A stretch of DNA of 64,000 nucleotides from contig CAWCPV010000003.1 of the NCBI GenBank assembly GCA_963797555.1, positions 96,001-160,000 of the forward strand, given 5' to 3'. The position numbers and the translations under genes were made by a program. This DNA comes from an uncultured Gammaproteobacteria bacterium. GTDB taxonomy: Bacteria > Pseudomonadota > Gammaproteobacteria > CAWCPV01. Below are positions 12,401 to 23,460 of the stretch, one piece after another; position 1 is the first letter of the stretch, and each line of letters starts with the position of its first letter. Below the pieces are notes generated by a model that was not told the DNA's origin, ran no database searches, and saw only the letters and a list, made by a program, of their open reading frames with translations.

Positions 12401-12553
12401 CGGCAGGAAGCCAGGGGCCGCCGCGCCCACCACAGGTGCAGCGTGGAGGGATGGCCGTGCAGAGATGGAGCTTCTCCCGTGCGCATGCCTGCTCACCTCG
12501 GCGATCGGAAAGTCAACCTCGGCGAGACGCTTGCATTCCTTGGGAATCCCCAC
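9459..12553 (-). CDS. DUF1156 adenine DNA methyltransferase with Zn ribbon (multiple frameshifts)
   Basis: [36 protein letters not shown] (SAM motif, read at 12115-12150), [39 protein letters not shown]. Confidence 0.85.
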
Positions 12554-12567
12554 GGCGCTCGATTCGA

Positions 12568-12807
12568 TCAGCCGTAGAAGCGCCGGCGAAGGTCCTGCTC
12601 TGCAACAAACCTGGCCGCCTGGCGGATTATGGCGCGGAGCGTGCCAGGGTCCAGCTCGCCATGCGCCGGCACCGTCAACGTCTGCATCCTTGCTTGCTGG
12701 CCCGCTTGAGTTTGATGTGACTGCCCCGCTGGGAGGCGACGGCAAAGCCGAGGCGCTGGAAGATCGCAACGACTCTCTGCGCTGGACAGCCTACGAAGCT
12801 TGGGCAT
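12568..12807 (-). CDS. hicA: HicA-family toxin (internal compensating frameshifts)
   Basis: MPKLRRLS..QRGSHIKL (alternate frame)..TLTVPAHGELDPGTLRAIIRQA. Confidence 0.8.
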   Translation of the reverse strand: MPKLRRLSSAESRCDLPAPRLCRRLPAGQSHQTQAGQQARMQTLTVPAHGELDPGTLRAIIRQAARFVAEQDLRRRFYG

Positions 12808-13036
12808 ACGCCGGCTCGATCTCCATCGTCACGATCAAGGTCGGCCGCTCGGCGAGCCCGAAGTCGGCTGCGCTCTCTCCTTCGAGATGGAGCGCCACGG
12901 CCTCTTGGAGGTTGCGAATGGTCTCGTCAACCGTCCGACCTTGTGTGACGACAGCGATCTCGACGCACTCGCCGACGAACCCTGACTCCTCACCGGGCCG
13001 GATGATCGCTTTTACCGTGCGTTGCAAATGCTTCAT
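12791..13036 (-). CDS. hicB: HicB-family antitoxin
   Basis: GFVGECVEIAVVTQGRTVDETIRNLQEAVALHLE. Overlaps the hicA start. Confidence 0.85.
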   Translation of the reverse strand: MKHLQRTVKAIIRPGEESGFVGECVEIAVVTQGRTVDETIRNLQEAVALHLEGESAADFGLAERPTLIVTMEIEPAYAQAS

Positions 13037-13153
13037 AAGACCCTCCTTCATTCCGACTCCTGCAACTGCCAATGAATTGTGACCCTGCGATGCTGGCCAA
13101 CCAAGGAGCTGAAAGGCTTAAATCGTCACTTCCGGTCCCCCCCGCCATCGCCC

Positions 13154-16100
13154 CTACCCACCATAGCACGGCGCATCCGACTCCCCCACCTGCATCGGCT
13201 TCGTCATCGCGTCCACCGACAGGTAGTAATGTGCGACCTTCGTGACCTCGTTCCAGTCTAGCCGCGCTGGGTCGCGGATCGGCTCCTGGAGCCGAGGCGT
13301 CGTACCGCAGTCGGTGACGACATAGAGCCAGTAACAGTCTCTCCGGTCCTCGGCGACGCGGCGCTCGTTGGGCGTGAGCAGGATGGTGCCGGTCGCGGCG
13401 CCGAGCCCCTTCACCTCGATGAGCCGCAGCTCGCCCGAGGCGAGGTCGAGGCTCGTCACGTCGTAGCCGAGGTTTTTTTCGGAGACGTCGTAGACCTGGC
13501 GGCCCTGGGCGCCCTCGTGCTCCATGACCACACGCATCGCGATGGCCTCGGTCTCGAAATTCGGCTTCAGCCGTTGCACCTCCGGCGCCTCCCGCTCCGG
13601 GTGCGGCAAGACCAGCACGCTGGTCAGCCTCTCGACCGCCTGAAGGGTGAGCGAGCGTTGGCGTTCGAGGTCGGTGCGGCGCCGCTCGCGCCGTGCCAGC
13701 AGCTCTGCATGGCGCGCTTCGGCCTGCGCCAGTCGCCCCTCGGCCCCCTGATCCCCGCGCTCCTTGGCTTCCTGAGCACGCCCAATCTCGTCGTCGGCGC
13801 GCTGGAGCAGCTCGGTGAGCGAAAGCTCCACGTGGGCGCTCACTCGCTCGATCTCGGCGAGACGATCCTTCCGCGTCTCATCGAGGAACGGCGCCAGCGC
13901 TCGCTCGTGGAGCCAGCCCGTCGCCTCGGGCAGTGCCGCGACCGCGGGCATCTCGAACGGCGGAGCGGCCGGTGTGAAGTTGCCGACCAGGCCGGGCTCC
14001 TGCAGCCGCGGTTCGCCGCCGTCGCCGATCTCGACGGCGAAGAGGCGCTCGTGGATGACCTGCCCGAGCCCATCGACGACCCGCGCCCGGTAGAAGTCGA
14101 CACGCGTCGGGATGCTCGTGCTGCAGGGAGTGGAAGGCCGCACCCTTGCCGAGGACGTCGAACGCCTTCGCGTGGGTGTGACGGCGCATCGCCTCGAACA
14201 GCGGATGGCCCGGCGTCACCCACTCCAGCTTCTCGGTCTCTGCGGTGTCGCGGTCGGTGGAGAGCCGCGGGTAGCGGTCGGAGAGCGCCGAAAGCTTCCA
14301 GTCCGGGTCTTTCTCGTAGCGGCGCAGCACCGCGGGCGTGCGCGCCGGCTCGAAAGTGTGCGGCAGGTTCGGGACCATTTTGAGCGTGAGCGGCACGAAC
14401 TCGGCGGCCTCGCGCAGGAAGCGCGCGATGGTCTCCGGCACGACACGCCGTTCCTGCGCTCGGGCGCGCCGCTCGATGAGCATTTCCAGGTTGAGCTTCT
14501 TGCTCGCCAGCCCCTCCAGCGCGTTCTGGCAGATAGACCGGAACTGGCCTTCATCCACGTTGCGGAGCAGCCGGTCTTCGAGGTCGGCGTCGCCGAGCTT
14601 TCCGGCGTAGTAGTCGCGCAGCACGCGCTCCACGTGGGCGGCGGGCAGCACCTCGCCGACCACGTTGAAGACCGCGTCGTCGTCCAGCGCGTCGCGGATC
14701 TCTTGGAGCTTCTCCAGCAGCCGCTGCAGCACCTTGCCTTCGATGGTGTTGGTCGCGACGAAGTTGAAGATCAGGCAGTCCTTGCGCTGGCCGTAGCGGT
14801 GGATGCGGCCCATGCGCTGCTCGAGGCGGTTCGGGTTCCAGGGAATGTCGTAGTTGAAGAGGATGTTGCAGACCTGGAGGTTGATCCCCTCGCCCGCCGC
14901 CTCGGTGGCGACCAGGATCTGGATGGCGCCTTCGCGGAACTGCTGCTCCGTGTAGAGGCGCGTACCTGGCTCGTCGCGCGAACCGGACTTCATGCCGCCG
15001 TGGATGAAACCGACGCGAAAGCCCCAGTCCTTCAGTCGCGCCACGAGATAGACGAGCGTGTCCTTGAACTCGGTGAAGAGCAGCAGCCGCTGGTCGGGGC
15101 GGTCGAAGAACCCCTCTTTTTGGAGCAGGTCCCGGAGCTGGGCGAGCTTGGCCTCTGCGCCCGAATCCTCGACCTCCTGCGCTTGCGCCGCGATGCGTGC
15201 GAGCTCTTGCACCTCCGCTCGGACTTGGTCGGCGCTCGCGGCGAGCGTGACTGCTTCGAGCATCTCCTCGAGCCGCTCGCGCTCGGTTTCCTCCATCTCC
15301 TCCAGCTCTTCCGGGTCGGGCAGATCCGGGGGCGCCTGGCGGGCGAGTGTCTCTGCGCGCTTCAGCCCCTCTTCCAAGCGCCGCGCACGGTTCTCGAGCG
15401 AACGGCGCATGGCGTGGGTGCTCGATGCGAGCCGCCGCTGGTACAGCGACATCAGGAAACCGATGGCGCGTGCACGCGGATCCTCGCCCTCGGCGGCCGC
15501 GCGGGCGCTCTCGCGCTTCACGAAGCGCGTCACTTCCCGGTAGAGATCGAACTCCGCGCCGTCGATCTGGAAGTCCACCGTGCGCGGTATGCGCCGGGTG
15601 AAGATCGGTTGCGCCGCCCATGTTCCATCCGCACGGCGCTCCGGGAAATAGACCATCGCTTCCTTGGTGCGGCGCAGATAGAAGGGCGCACGGCGGCGGT
15701 CCATAGCCTGCCGGATGGACTTCACGTCGGCGTACGCGTCGGCGTCCAGGAGCTGCAGGAACAGGCTGAAGTTCAGCGGATCGCCCTTGTGGGGTGTCGC
15801 CGTGAGCAGGAGCAGGTGGTCCGCGGTATCGCGCAGCAACTCGCCCAGCTTGTAGCGCAGGCTCTTGTGCGACTCGTCCGCCGCCGACATGCGGTGCGCT
15901 TCGTCCACGATCACCAGGTCCCAGTGCACCTGGCGCAATCCAGGGAGGATGTCTGCGCGCTTGGCGAGATCGAGCGAAGTGATGATGCGGTTGCGGTCCA
16001 GCCATTGATTGACGCCGAACTGCTCGCGGATGTCCTGGCCCTTCATGACCAGGAACTTGGCGTCGAACTTCTCCTTCAGCTCGCGCTGCCACTGGAACGC

Positions 16101-16586
16101 GAGATTCGCCGGGCAGACGATGAGCATGCGCTCCGCGAGGCCCCGAAGCTCCAGCTCGCGGGCGAGCAGCCCCGCCATGATGGTCTTGCCCGCACCGGCG
16201 TCGTCCGCGAGCAGGAAGCGAACGCGCGCGAGCTTGAGCAGGTAGTCGTAGACCGCTTCGAGCTGATGCGGCAGAGGATCGACGCGCGAGATCGATAGCC
16301 CGAAGTAGGGGTCGAACTCGTAGGCGATGCCGAGTGCATAGGCCTGCAGGCCGAGACGGAGCAGGCGCCCGTCGCCGTCGAAAGAATGGCGCGCGTCGAG
16401 GATCGTGAGCTGATCGAGGTCCGCGGCCGTGAGCGTGACTTTGCGGAAGCGCTCGGTCTGCGTGCCGACCAGCCCGACGACCCAGCTCGCCGGGCCAGTC
16501 ACCTGTACCGTCTCGACCCGCATCGGCTCGTTGAACAGCGCGCCGGTGAGGATCTGGCCCGAACTGATGGGAGGCATGCGAGTCAT
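13154..16586 (-). CDS. SNF2-family helicase with C-terminal DUF3883 (NOV_C) nuclease domain; one frameshift near 14110
   Basis: PLPHQLEAV, LLADDAGAGKT, VDEAH, TATPH, TEAAGEGINLQ, LEQRMGRIHRYGQ. C-terminal LGYDVTS..IEVKG..LTPNE..YWLYVV. Confidence 0.9.
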
Positions 16587-16859
16587 CGTGCCGCGCCACG
16601 CATGACGTGTAACCTCTCGACCATCGATGCGTCCTGTTCTTGCTCTTTCGCCCCCGGCGCGGGCGGTTTGCACACGGCAGTACGCCGCATCCCCGGCCAA
16701 GGATGGTGAGCGCGCGCTGGGCTGTCAAGGCGGCAGTGCGGTCTGGTGGCCCACTGCGTGCCCACGGAGGCGAGACTTCCAATCCCTGGAGTACGCGGCG
16801 CCGTTGCCAAGCCGTAACGGGCCCCCTTTCCCGTATAACCTGCTGGCGAGATGTCAGTT

Positions 16860-17110
16860 GCGGAGCTTCTCGGTACACAGTCTCGCACGCACAATGCGTC
16901 TGACCGCCACCAGATGCAGGCCGAAGTGCCCGGCGATCTCTCTGCGACTATACGCCCCCGTGCACGAGGACGACGATAGCCTCATGCCGGCCACGGCCCT
17001 TCTTCGCGATCACGTCCAGCGACGACGGTGGCCGGCGCTGAGCACGCGGGATGGTCATCTCGTCCGGCGCGCTCGCGTTCTGTTGTTTGCGCTCGACGAA
17101 TCTGTGGTCT
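16860..17110 (-). pseudogene. C-terminal remnant of a Y1/RAYT-like transposase with HTH
   Basis: Minus-strand translation gives FVERKQ..IPRAQRRPP..EAIV, then after a frameshift TGAYSRREIAGHFGLHLVAVRRIVR. Confidence 0.5.
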
Positions 17111-17174
17111 CGCAATAGGCTAGGGTATAGTCAAGCGGCCTTTGGCCACGAGGACCGACGTCGAGGCCTGTCGC

Positions 17175-17753
17175 ATGCCACACGCCGAACGACTGGAACC
17201 TACGCTCTACGAGCAGTTGCAGGCGCTGCCGGAGAATCTCGTCGGCGAGATCGTCGGCGGCAGTCTGCACACGCAGCCGCGGCCCGCCGGACCCCATGCG
17301 CTGGCGAGTTCCAGTCTCGGCGCCGATCTCCACGCGGCCTATCAGCGCGGACGCGGCGGACCGGGCGGCTGGTGGATCATCGACGAGCCGGAGCTGCATT
17401 TTATCCGCGACACCCTGGTGCTGGTGCCGGACATCGCCGGGTGGCGGCGCGAACGCCTACCGCGAATCCCGCGTGATCAGCGATTCGAGGTGGCGCCGGA
17501 CTGGGTTTGCGAAGTGCTGTCGCCCGCCACGGCGAAGTCCGACCGAGTCGTCAAGATGCCCGTCTACGCGCAATACGCAGTGGCTCACCTCTGGCTGCTG
17601 GACCCTCTCGCACGCACCCTGGAAGCATTCGCCCTGAATGAAGGCAAATGGACCGTGGTCGGTCTGTTCAAAGACCAGGACGAGGTCCGCGTGGCACCCT
17701 TTGACGAGATCAGGCTCCCATTGGCGGATCTGTGGGTGGACGAGGCGGATTGA
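17175..17753 (+). CDS. Uma2-family endonuclease (DUF820)
   Basis: GEIVGG, WWIIDEPEL, LVPDIAGWRRER, PDWVCEVLSPAT, KMPVYA, WLLDP. Confidence 0.9.
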   Translation: MPHAERLEPTLYEQLQALPENLVGEIVGGSLHTQPRPAGPHALASSSLGADLHAAYQRGRGGPGGWWIIDEPELHFIRDTLVLVPDIAGWRRERLPRIPRDQRFEVAPDWVCEVLSPATAKSDRVVKMPVYAQYAVAHLWLLDPLARTLEAFALNEGKWTVVGLFKDQDEVRVAPFDEIRLPLADLWVDEAD

Positions 17754-17917
17754 CCGGAAAAGCCGAATACCGACCCGTTCGCGTCGGCAACGGCATCCGG
17801 CTCATCGTCCGCAAGACGGATTCCAGCCTGCTGGCGCGTTGACGGATTCAGGCCGGGTCGCCTGCGACCCCGTTGACCCGCGGCTGAAAAGCGGGTCCAT
17901 GACCCCCGTGACTCAAT

Positions 17918-19557
17918 CCTGATTCCGTGACTTCGCGTCTTAGCGGGTGGCTGCAACCTGCTGATTTATCGTGGCAGTTCGGGTAAAATCGGCCCGCACG
18001 CCCACTCACCCGGCAGGTGAACGATGAAAGCGGTTCATCCTGGAGCAGTCCGACGAAGAGTTCTACACCTCCCATTCCGGTCTGGCTCTGGTGGGTCTTT
18101 GCGTAAACCGCTTCAGCGGCCTGGGCAAGGCGCTCAAGCAGGCCATCCCGCTACGCCACGGCATTTCCCATGAAGACATAGCCAGGAGCTATCTGGGGTT
18201 GATGTGTTTGGGCAAGAGCGACTTCGAGGCGGTCGCCAACGTCCGAGGGGACGATTTTTTCCCCCAGGCGCTGGGGCTGGAGCGGGTGCCTTCGGCGGAA
18301 ACCTTGAGGCAGCGCCTCGATGAGCACGCAGCGCTCATGCGGGAGGTCATCGACGAGGCCGATATCGAGTTCATGGTCAACGCCAAAGTGCCGGTGAGCC
18401 CGCTCAAGACCGGCCATGTGCCGCTCGACATCGATGTGTTTCCCATGAACAACTCCGGGACCAAGAAAGAAGGGGTCTCGCGCACCTACCACGGCTATGA
18501 CGGTTATGCGCCGATCGCCGCCTATCTGGGAACCGAAGGCTGGGGGCTGGCCTGTGAGCTGCGTGAAGGCAAACAGCACTCCCAGAAGGAATTCCGCTAC
18601 GTCTGGGAGCGTATTTTGCCGCGGGCCCGGCGGCTGACCAAACTGCCGCTGCTGGTACGCCAGGACAGCGCCCATGACGCCTTGGAGAACCGGCTGCGCT
18701 ACCTCGAAGAGGAGGTGGACTTCATTATCAAGTGGAACCCCCGGGGCGAGGACCCTGGCGAGTGGCTGGAGCGCGCCGAGCGCCAAGGGGTATGGGAGAC
18801 CCCGCGCCCCGGCAAGCGCGTGGCGCTGTTCAGCGTCATCGAGGAGCACCTCCATCGGGAGCACACCTACCACGTTCGCCGGGTGATGCGGGTGACCGAG
18901 CGCACCATCGACAAGAGGGGCCAGGCACTGCTGGTGCCGGAGCTTGAGATCGAGGGCTGGTGGACCTCCCTGGCCTATCCGGACGAGGAGATCGTCGCCC
19001 TGTACCGGGACCACGGCACCTCCGAGCAGTTCCACGAGCCGAGTTCAAGACCGACCTCGATATCGAACGGCTGCCCTCCGGGAAATTCGACACCAATGAC
19101 CTGGTGCTCGCCTTTGCCGTGTTCGCCTACAACATCCTGCGCTTCATCGGACTTATCGGGCTGACCGGCGCGGCGGCTCCTCTTCGCCATCCAGCCAAGC
19201 GCAGGCGGCTCAAGACCGTCCTCCAGGAGCTGATGTACCTCGCCGCCCGGCTGGTGGCCACCGGCTCTGTCCCGGCTTTCGCGCCTTCGAACAGCTGTAT
19301 TACCAGCTCGCCTTCGGGTAGCTAGGACGACATCCCTAGAAACTCGACCCGGGCCTTACCAGGCCCCGGTGTAAACCTATGCCTGAAATTCAGCGCCAAA
19401 AGGTCAAAGCCCCGCCATCACTCCTGCGCCGACCAGGTTCCACGCCTGCTGTGCACAGCCGATGTCGCCAGCTGGCTAAACACTAACCAACTCAACTGAG
19501 AATACCTCCCATTATCCCGTGCCCCGGATGCCCAGAACTCGAAGTCACGGATCCAGG
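17918..19557 (+). mobile_element. IS1380-family insertion sequence
   Basis: IRL CCTGATTCCGTGACTTCG (17918-17935) and IRR CGAAGTCACGGATCCAGG (19540-19557) match at 16/18. 5-bp TSD TCAAT at 17913-17917 and 19558-19562. Confidence 0.9.
18024..19325 (+). CDS. IS1380-family DDE transposase (frameshifts near 18030, 19037 and 19265)
   Basis: LDIDVFPMNNS, GYDGYAP, ELREGKQHSQ, VRQDSAHD, YRDHGTSEQFH / EFKTDLDIERLPSGKF. Confidence 0.85.
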
Positions 19558-19719
19558 TCAATACCACAAACTGGAAGCCTGACCGGTCCTTCCGGGGAAC
19601 CTTCGCGGGATTCGCCTCCGCTCAACCATGGAGATGGGCAGCCGTCCATAGGGGCGAAGGCATGGACTCGGCCCGGCGGCTCGGCTGGCTCCGACACGGC
19701 TCAGGATACGCCTGTGCGC

Positions 19720-20097
19720 TCAGCGCCGTTGCCAGTACCCATCCCTCATTCGCCAACCATGGCCTTCCCTAGCCCAGTGCGGAGACACCCAGTAATGTCC
19801 GGCGCGCCCCTGGGTCCAATGGCCGGGAGCCCAGGCATAGTGCCTGCCTCCCCAGCGCCAGTAGCCTCCGATCCAGACGTAGCCGGGTGCCGGCGCGACG
19901 CCCACGACCTCCACCCGAGGCGGCGGCGGGGCGACCGTGACGACCTCACCGCCGTAATACGGCGTACCCGGGGCAGCCGTGCCTACATCGTTGCCGTAGT
20001 ATGGCGGTGGTACCGGCGCGACGATGCAGCCGCCCAGGATGAGGGCGGTGACGGCCGTCGCAATGGCGATTCCGCCCTGATGAGAAGACGCATTCAT
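19720..20097 (-). CDS. YXWGXW-repeat lipoprotein
   Basis: Lipobox-like LGGC, Pro-rich linker, repeats YVWIGGYW, YAWAPGHW, HYWVSPHW. Confidence 0.8.
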   Translation of the reverse strand: MNASSHQGGIAIATAVTALILGGCIVAPVPPPYYGNDVGTAAPGTPYYGGEVVTVAPPPPRVEVVGVAPAPGYVWIGGYWRWGGRHYAWAPGHWTQGRAGHYWVSPHWAREGHGWRMRDGYWQRR

Positions 20098-20467
20098 GTC
20101 TCACCTCTCGTTGAACAAGCCGTGGCCCGAAAGCGGCCGAGCCCGTGGATGACGGCAGGCCCCTGACATTCGCGAGACCCCTCTCGAGGGTAGTAAGCGC
20201 GGCAGCACCGTTCGAGTCCTCACTGCGGCGTGCGGCTCGCCACAGAGAAAGCGGGATTGCACTGCTGGAGCGCCTCGGTTACGTACAAGAGGCATCAGTG
20301 GGTACCGGGGAATGCCTACGCCGAAGCCCAGCGGGCCTTTGCAGGTAGCCCCACGTTCTGCCTTCGAACCCCGCCGCCTTGGGCGGCTCAGGGTATCATG
20401 GCCTCTTCGAGGACGCACCGATGACTCCCCCGGCTGTTCCGGGACCATGTAACTTGGAGGTACAGCG

Positions 20468-21025
20468 ATGTCCGTTCACGTACTTGGGTTTGCCGGCAGT
20501 CTGCGTGAGAAATCCTACAACCGAGCTGCTCTTAGGGCGGCGGAGGAATTGGCGCCTGCAGGCATGGAAATCGAGACTTTCGACCTCGCACCCATTCCGC
20601 TCTACAACGAGGATGTGCGCGAACGGGGCTACCCGGCAGCGGTGGCGGAATTCCGCAGCCGCATCGCTGCCGCCGATGCACTGCTGATCGTGACGCCCGA
20701 ATACAACTATTCGATTCCCGGGGTGCTGAAGAATGCCATCGACTGGGCGTCCCGCCCTCCCGAGCCGCCGCTCGACGACAAGCCGATTGCGGTCATGGGC
20801 GCATCTCTTGGACCTTCGGGCACGCTACGAGCTCAGTATCACCTCCGCCAAGTCTGCGTGTTCACGAATATGCATCCGTTCAACAAGCCGGAGGTCATGA
20901 TCGCGCGCGCGCACGAGAAATTCGACGATCAGGGCAGGCTTCAGGATGCCGAGACCCGGCGATTCATCAGCGACCTTCTGCTCGCCCTGATGGCGTGGGT
21001 CGAGAGAATCCGGCCGAAACCCTAG
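20468..21025 (+). CDS. NADPH-dependent FMN reductase (ChrR/SsuE family)
   Basis: GSLREKSYN, TPEYNYSIPGVLKNAIDW. GGAGG RBS upstream. Confidence 0.92.
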   Translation: MSVHVLGFAGSLREKSYNRAALRAAEELAPAGMEIETFDLAPIPLYNEDVRERGYPAAVAEFRSRIAAADALLIVTPEYNYSIPGVLKNAIDWASRPPEPPLDDKPIAVMGASLGPSGTLRAQYHLRQVCVFTNMHPFNKPEVMIARAHEKFDDQGRLQDAETRRFISDLLLALMAWVERIRPKP

Positions 21026-21155
21026 CGACTCGGCACGCAGGCGCGCGGGACGGGCCCCCGCTGCGGCGGCCTCAAGCGCGCGAGATATCCGAGACTCCCG
21101 GACGGGGGTGGCCAAGGTCCTGCGCCCACCCACCTCAAATGAGAGGCGGCGCCGC

Positions 21156-21851
21156 TCACGCACCGCTTGGCTCGATCGCTGCCCGATCGGCGAAAACCAC
21201 CGCTCCGTCGGCGCGGATACGCCCCGCCGGGATCGTGCGATCGCCGTCGCGCAGGCGTCGGAGCGCCTCGGCCTTCGACGATCCGGCCACCACCCAGAGG
21301 ATGTGTCTGGAACGGTTGAGCAGGGGGTAGGTCAGAGTCATGCGGCGTCGCCCCTGGTACGGACCCGTAACAGCGACGTCGGCGGCTTTGACCTCCAGCA
21401 CGGGGTCACCAGGCACCAGCGAGGCGGTGTGGCCGTCGCCCCCGATGCCCAGATGGACCAGATCGAGCACCGGCGGTGACCCGGCGACGGCCCCCAGGAG
21501 GCTGGCGTAGCGGGCGGCGGCCGCCTCCAGGTCTTTCTCTTCCACTGGCATGGCGTGGATCTGCTCCGCACGCAGCGCAGCATGGCCGAGCAGGCTCTCG
21601 CTCAGGTGCGTCAGGTTGCGGTCCGGGTCACCCGCAGGCGCGACGCGCTCGTCGACCTGGAACAGATGGACGCCCGGCCAGGGGATATCCTCGTCCGCGA
21701 GGGACCTCAGCATCTTGCGCGGTGTCGTGCCGCCGCTCACGGCGAGCACGAACCGGCCCCGCTCGGCGACGGCGGCGCGAGCGACTCCGGCGAGGTAGGA
21801 TGCCGCATGACTTGCAACGGCGTCGGCATCGGGACAGACCTCTATCCTCAT
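21156..21851 (-). CDS. pgl: 6-phosphogluconolactonase
   Basis: LAVSGGTTP, QVDERVAP, LGIGGDGHTASL, RRMTLT. Confidence 0.9.
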   Translation of the reverse strand: MRIEVCPDADAVASHAASYLAGVARAAVAERGRFVLAVSGGTTPRKMLRSLADEDIPWPGVHLFQVDERVAPAGDPDRNLTHLSESLLGHAALRAEQIHAMPVEEKDLEAAAARYASLLGAVAGSPPVLDLVHLGIGGDGHTASLVPGDPVLEVKAADVAVTGPYQGRRRMTLTYPLLNRSRHILWVVAGSSKAEALRRLRDGDRTIPAGRIRADGAVVFADRAAIEPSGA

Positions 21852-22459
21852 GAGCCCTCCACGTAAACCAGATGGCTGTCCTGATTCCACTTGCTCACGA
21901 TCCGCGTCCCGTGCTCATGGCCGAGCACGCTCAGGGCGGCCGTATCCAGGGCGAACAGCCGGCCCTGCGCGGGGGCTAGTCCGAGCCAGCAGGCCGTGAG
22001 CACACGCAACACGTGGCCGTGGGCAAACAACACCGCATCTCCGCCGGCGGCAGCGGCCCGGTCGATCACCCTCAGTGCTCTTCCGGCCACTTGCTCCACC
22101 GTCTCGCCCCCCGGCACGCCGCCACTCCAGATTGTCCAGCCGGCCACGCCGCTGCGGATTTCCGCGGTCGTGCGGCCCTCGTAGGCGCCATAGTCCCACT
22201 CCACGAGATCGTCGGTATAGTTGGCGACGTCGGCATAACCGGCGATCCGGCAGGTCTCCGCCGCCCGCGCCAGCGGGCTCGCCAGCACCAGCGCGAAGGA
22301 GCGGCGCGACAGGTATCGGCCCAACGCCGCCGCACGGCGCCTGCCCTCGGCGTTGAGAGGGATGTCGGTCCGGCCCGTGTGGCGCCCGCCGGCACTCCAG
22401 TCCGTCTCGCCGTGGCGTATCAGCCAGAGGCTGAAGTCGTTCTCGGACACCCTGCGCAT
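21848..22459 (-). CDS. Histidine phosphatase family protein
   Basis: LIRHGETDW, SPLARA, EWDYGAYEG, FAHGH. Confidence 0.9.
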   Translation of the reverse strand: MRRVSENDFSLWLIRHGETDWSAGGRHTGRTDIPLNAEGRRRAAALGRYLSRRSFALVLASPLARAAETCRIAGYADVANYTDDLVEWDYGAYEGRTTAEIRSGVAGWTIWSGGVPGGETVEQVAGRALRVIDRAAAAGGDAVLFAHGHVLRVLTACWLGLAPAQGRLFALDTAALSVLGHEHGTRIVSKWNQDSHLVYVEGS

Positions 22460-22784
22460 CTATTGCGCCGAACCCGCCAGGTTTTGGGCTCAGAGCTTGC
22501 GAATAAACTGGCTGCGCGTTCCCTGGCGGCGTTGCGCGGTGGTCATGGCGTACCTCCCTGTACTGCCACCCCTTCGGGGCGTCCTGCGGACGTGCCGAAT
22601 GGCTGTCCTGCCATTCGGTCGGTCCTCGCCCGTCTGCCGGACGGGTCTCGTGGCTGCGCTCCGTGCGCTCTGCTCTCGGGGGGCTCGCGGCGAGTTCTTC
22701 ACAAGCTCCGAGTCGTTCCCGCGCGGCGCGGCTGGACCTGGGAGGCGGGGCGCGGCGCTTTCGAGGCGACGGGCGCTCGGGGCG

Positions 22785-22922
22785 TCAGCGGTTCATGAGT
22801 CCCAGGATACCGATGACGATGAGGTAGACGGCGACGACGTAGCTGAGGACTTGCGGCACCACCAGGACGAGAACCCCCGCCACAATGGCCGCCACCGGCT
22901 CGATGTGAGACAGACGCCTCAT
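22785..22922 (-). CDS. DUF3096 small membrane protein (45 aa, absent from the ORF track)
   Basis: MRRLSHIEPVAAIVAGVLVLVVPQVLSYVVAVYLIVIGILGLMNR. GAGGAG RBS upstream. Confidence 0.75.
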   Translation of the reverse strand: MRRLSHIEPVAAIVAGVLVLVVPQVLSYVVAVYLIVIGILGLMNR

Positions 22923-23277
22923 CGCTCGATCTCCTCAGTGCGTTGGAGCGGGACGGACCATGCTGCTCGTCCGTGAAATCCCGGTCCCTGAGTTGATGAT
23001 TCCGTGCCCGGAGATCGCCCCCAGCGCTGACCGGTTGCATCGTGCCGCGCAGCCCTCGGGGCCGACCCCCCGCTCACGTGTCCGCCCGGATGTTCTCTGA
23101 CGCTGTCAGAGGCCGCCGAGCCCGGCCAGTGTAGCGTATTCCAGCGCGGAACACACAACCAACCGCTGGTGGTCACATCGGGCTCGGGCGGATCGCGCGT
23201 CCATGCCGGCGCGCGGCGCTGAAAGATGTACGTGGAGAATGGGGGCGGCCGCCCGTCGTGAAGTTCGCGCTGACTCT

Positions 23278-23322
23278 CGGCCTCCGCTATGGCCCGACGG
23301 CCTCCGCTATGGCCCGACGGCC
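23278..23322. repeat. 20-bp tandem duplication
   Basis: CGGCCTCCGCTATGGCCCGA twice, followed by a partial CGGCC. Confidence 0.85.
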
Positions 23323-23460
23323 GCCGGGATGCGGCCCGAGCTGAGCGCCCTCTCGGCCCGAGTGGTGAGCGCCCGTGCGGAGTACAATTCGCACTGAAGG
23401 CTCCACCCCTCGCACTGCGGAAGCGTTCGTTTCGAGACACCCCCGGGTACAGGAGAGCAC

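Noticed and set aside
14112-16878. Long overlapping ORFs (14112-16298 +, 14551-16878 -), likewise 34709-36793 - and 24964-26403 -
   Set aside because: Shadow ORFs typical of high-GC coding DNA, with no motifs of their own.
23278-23322. 20-bp tandem repeat as mini-CRISPR or iteron
   Set aside because: Only two adjacent copies with no spacer; a simple local duplication.
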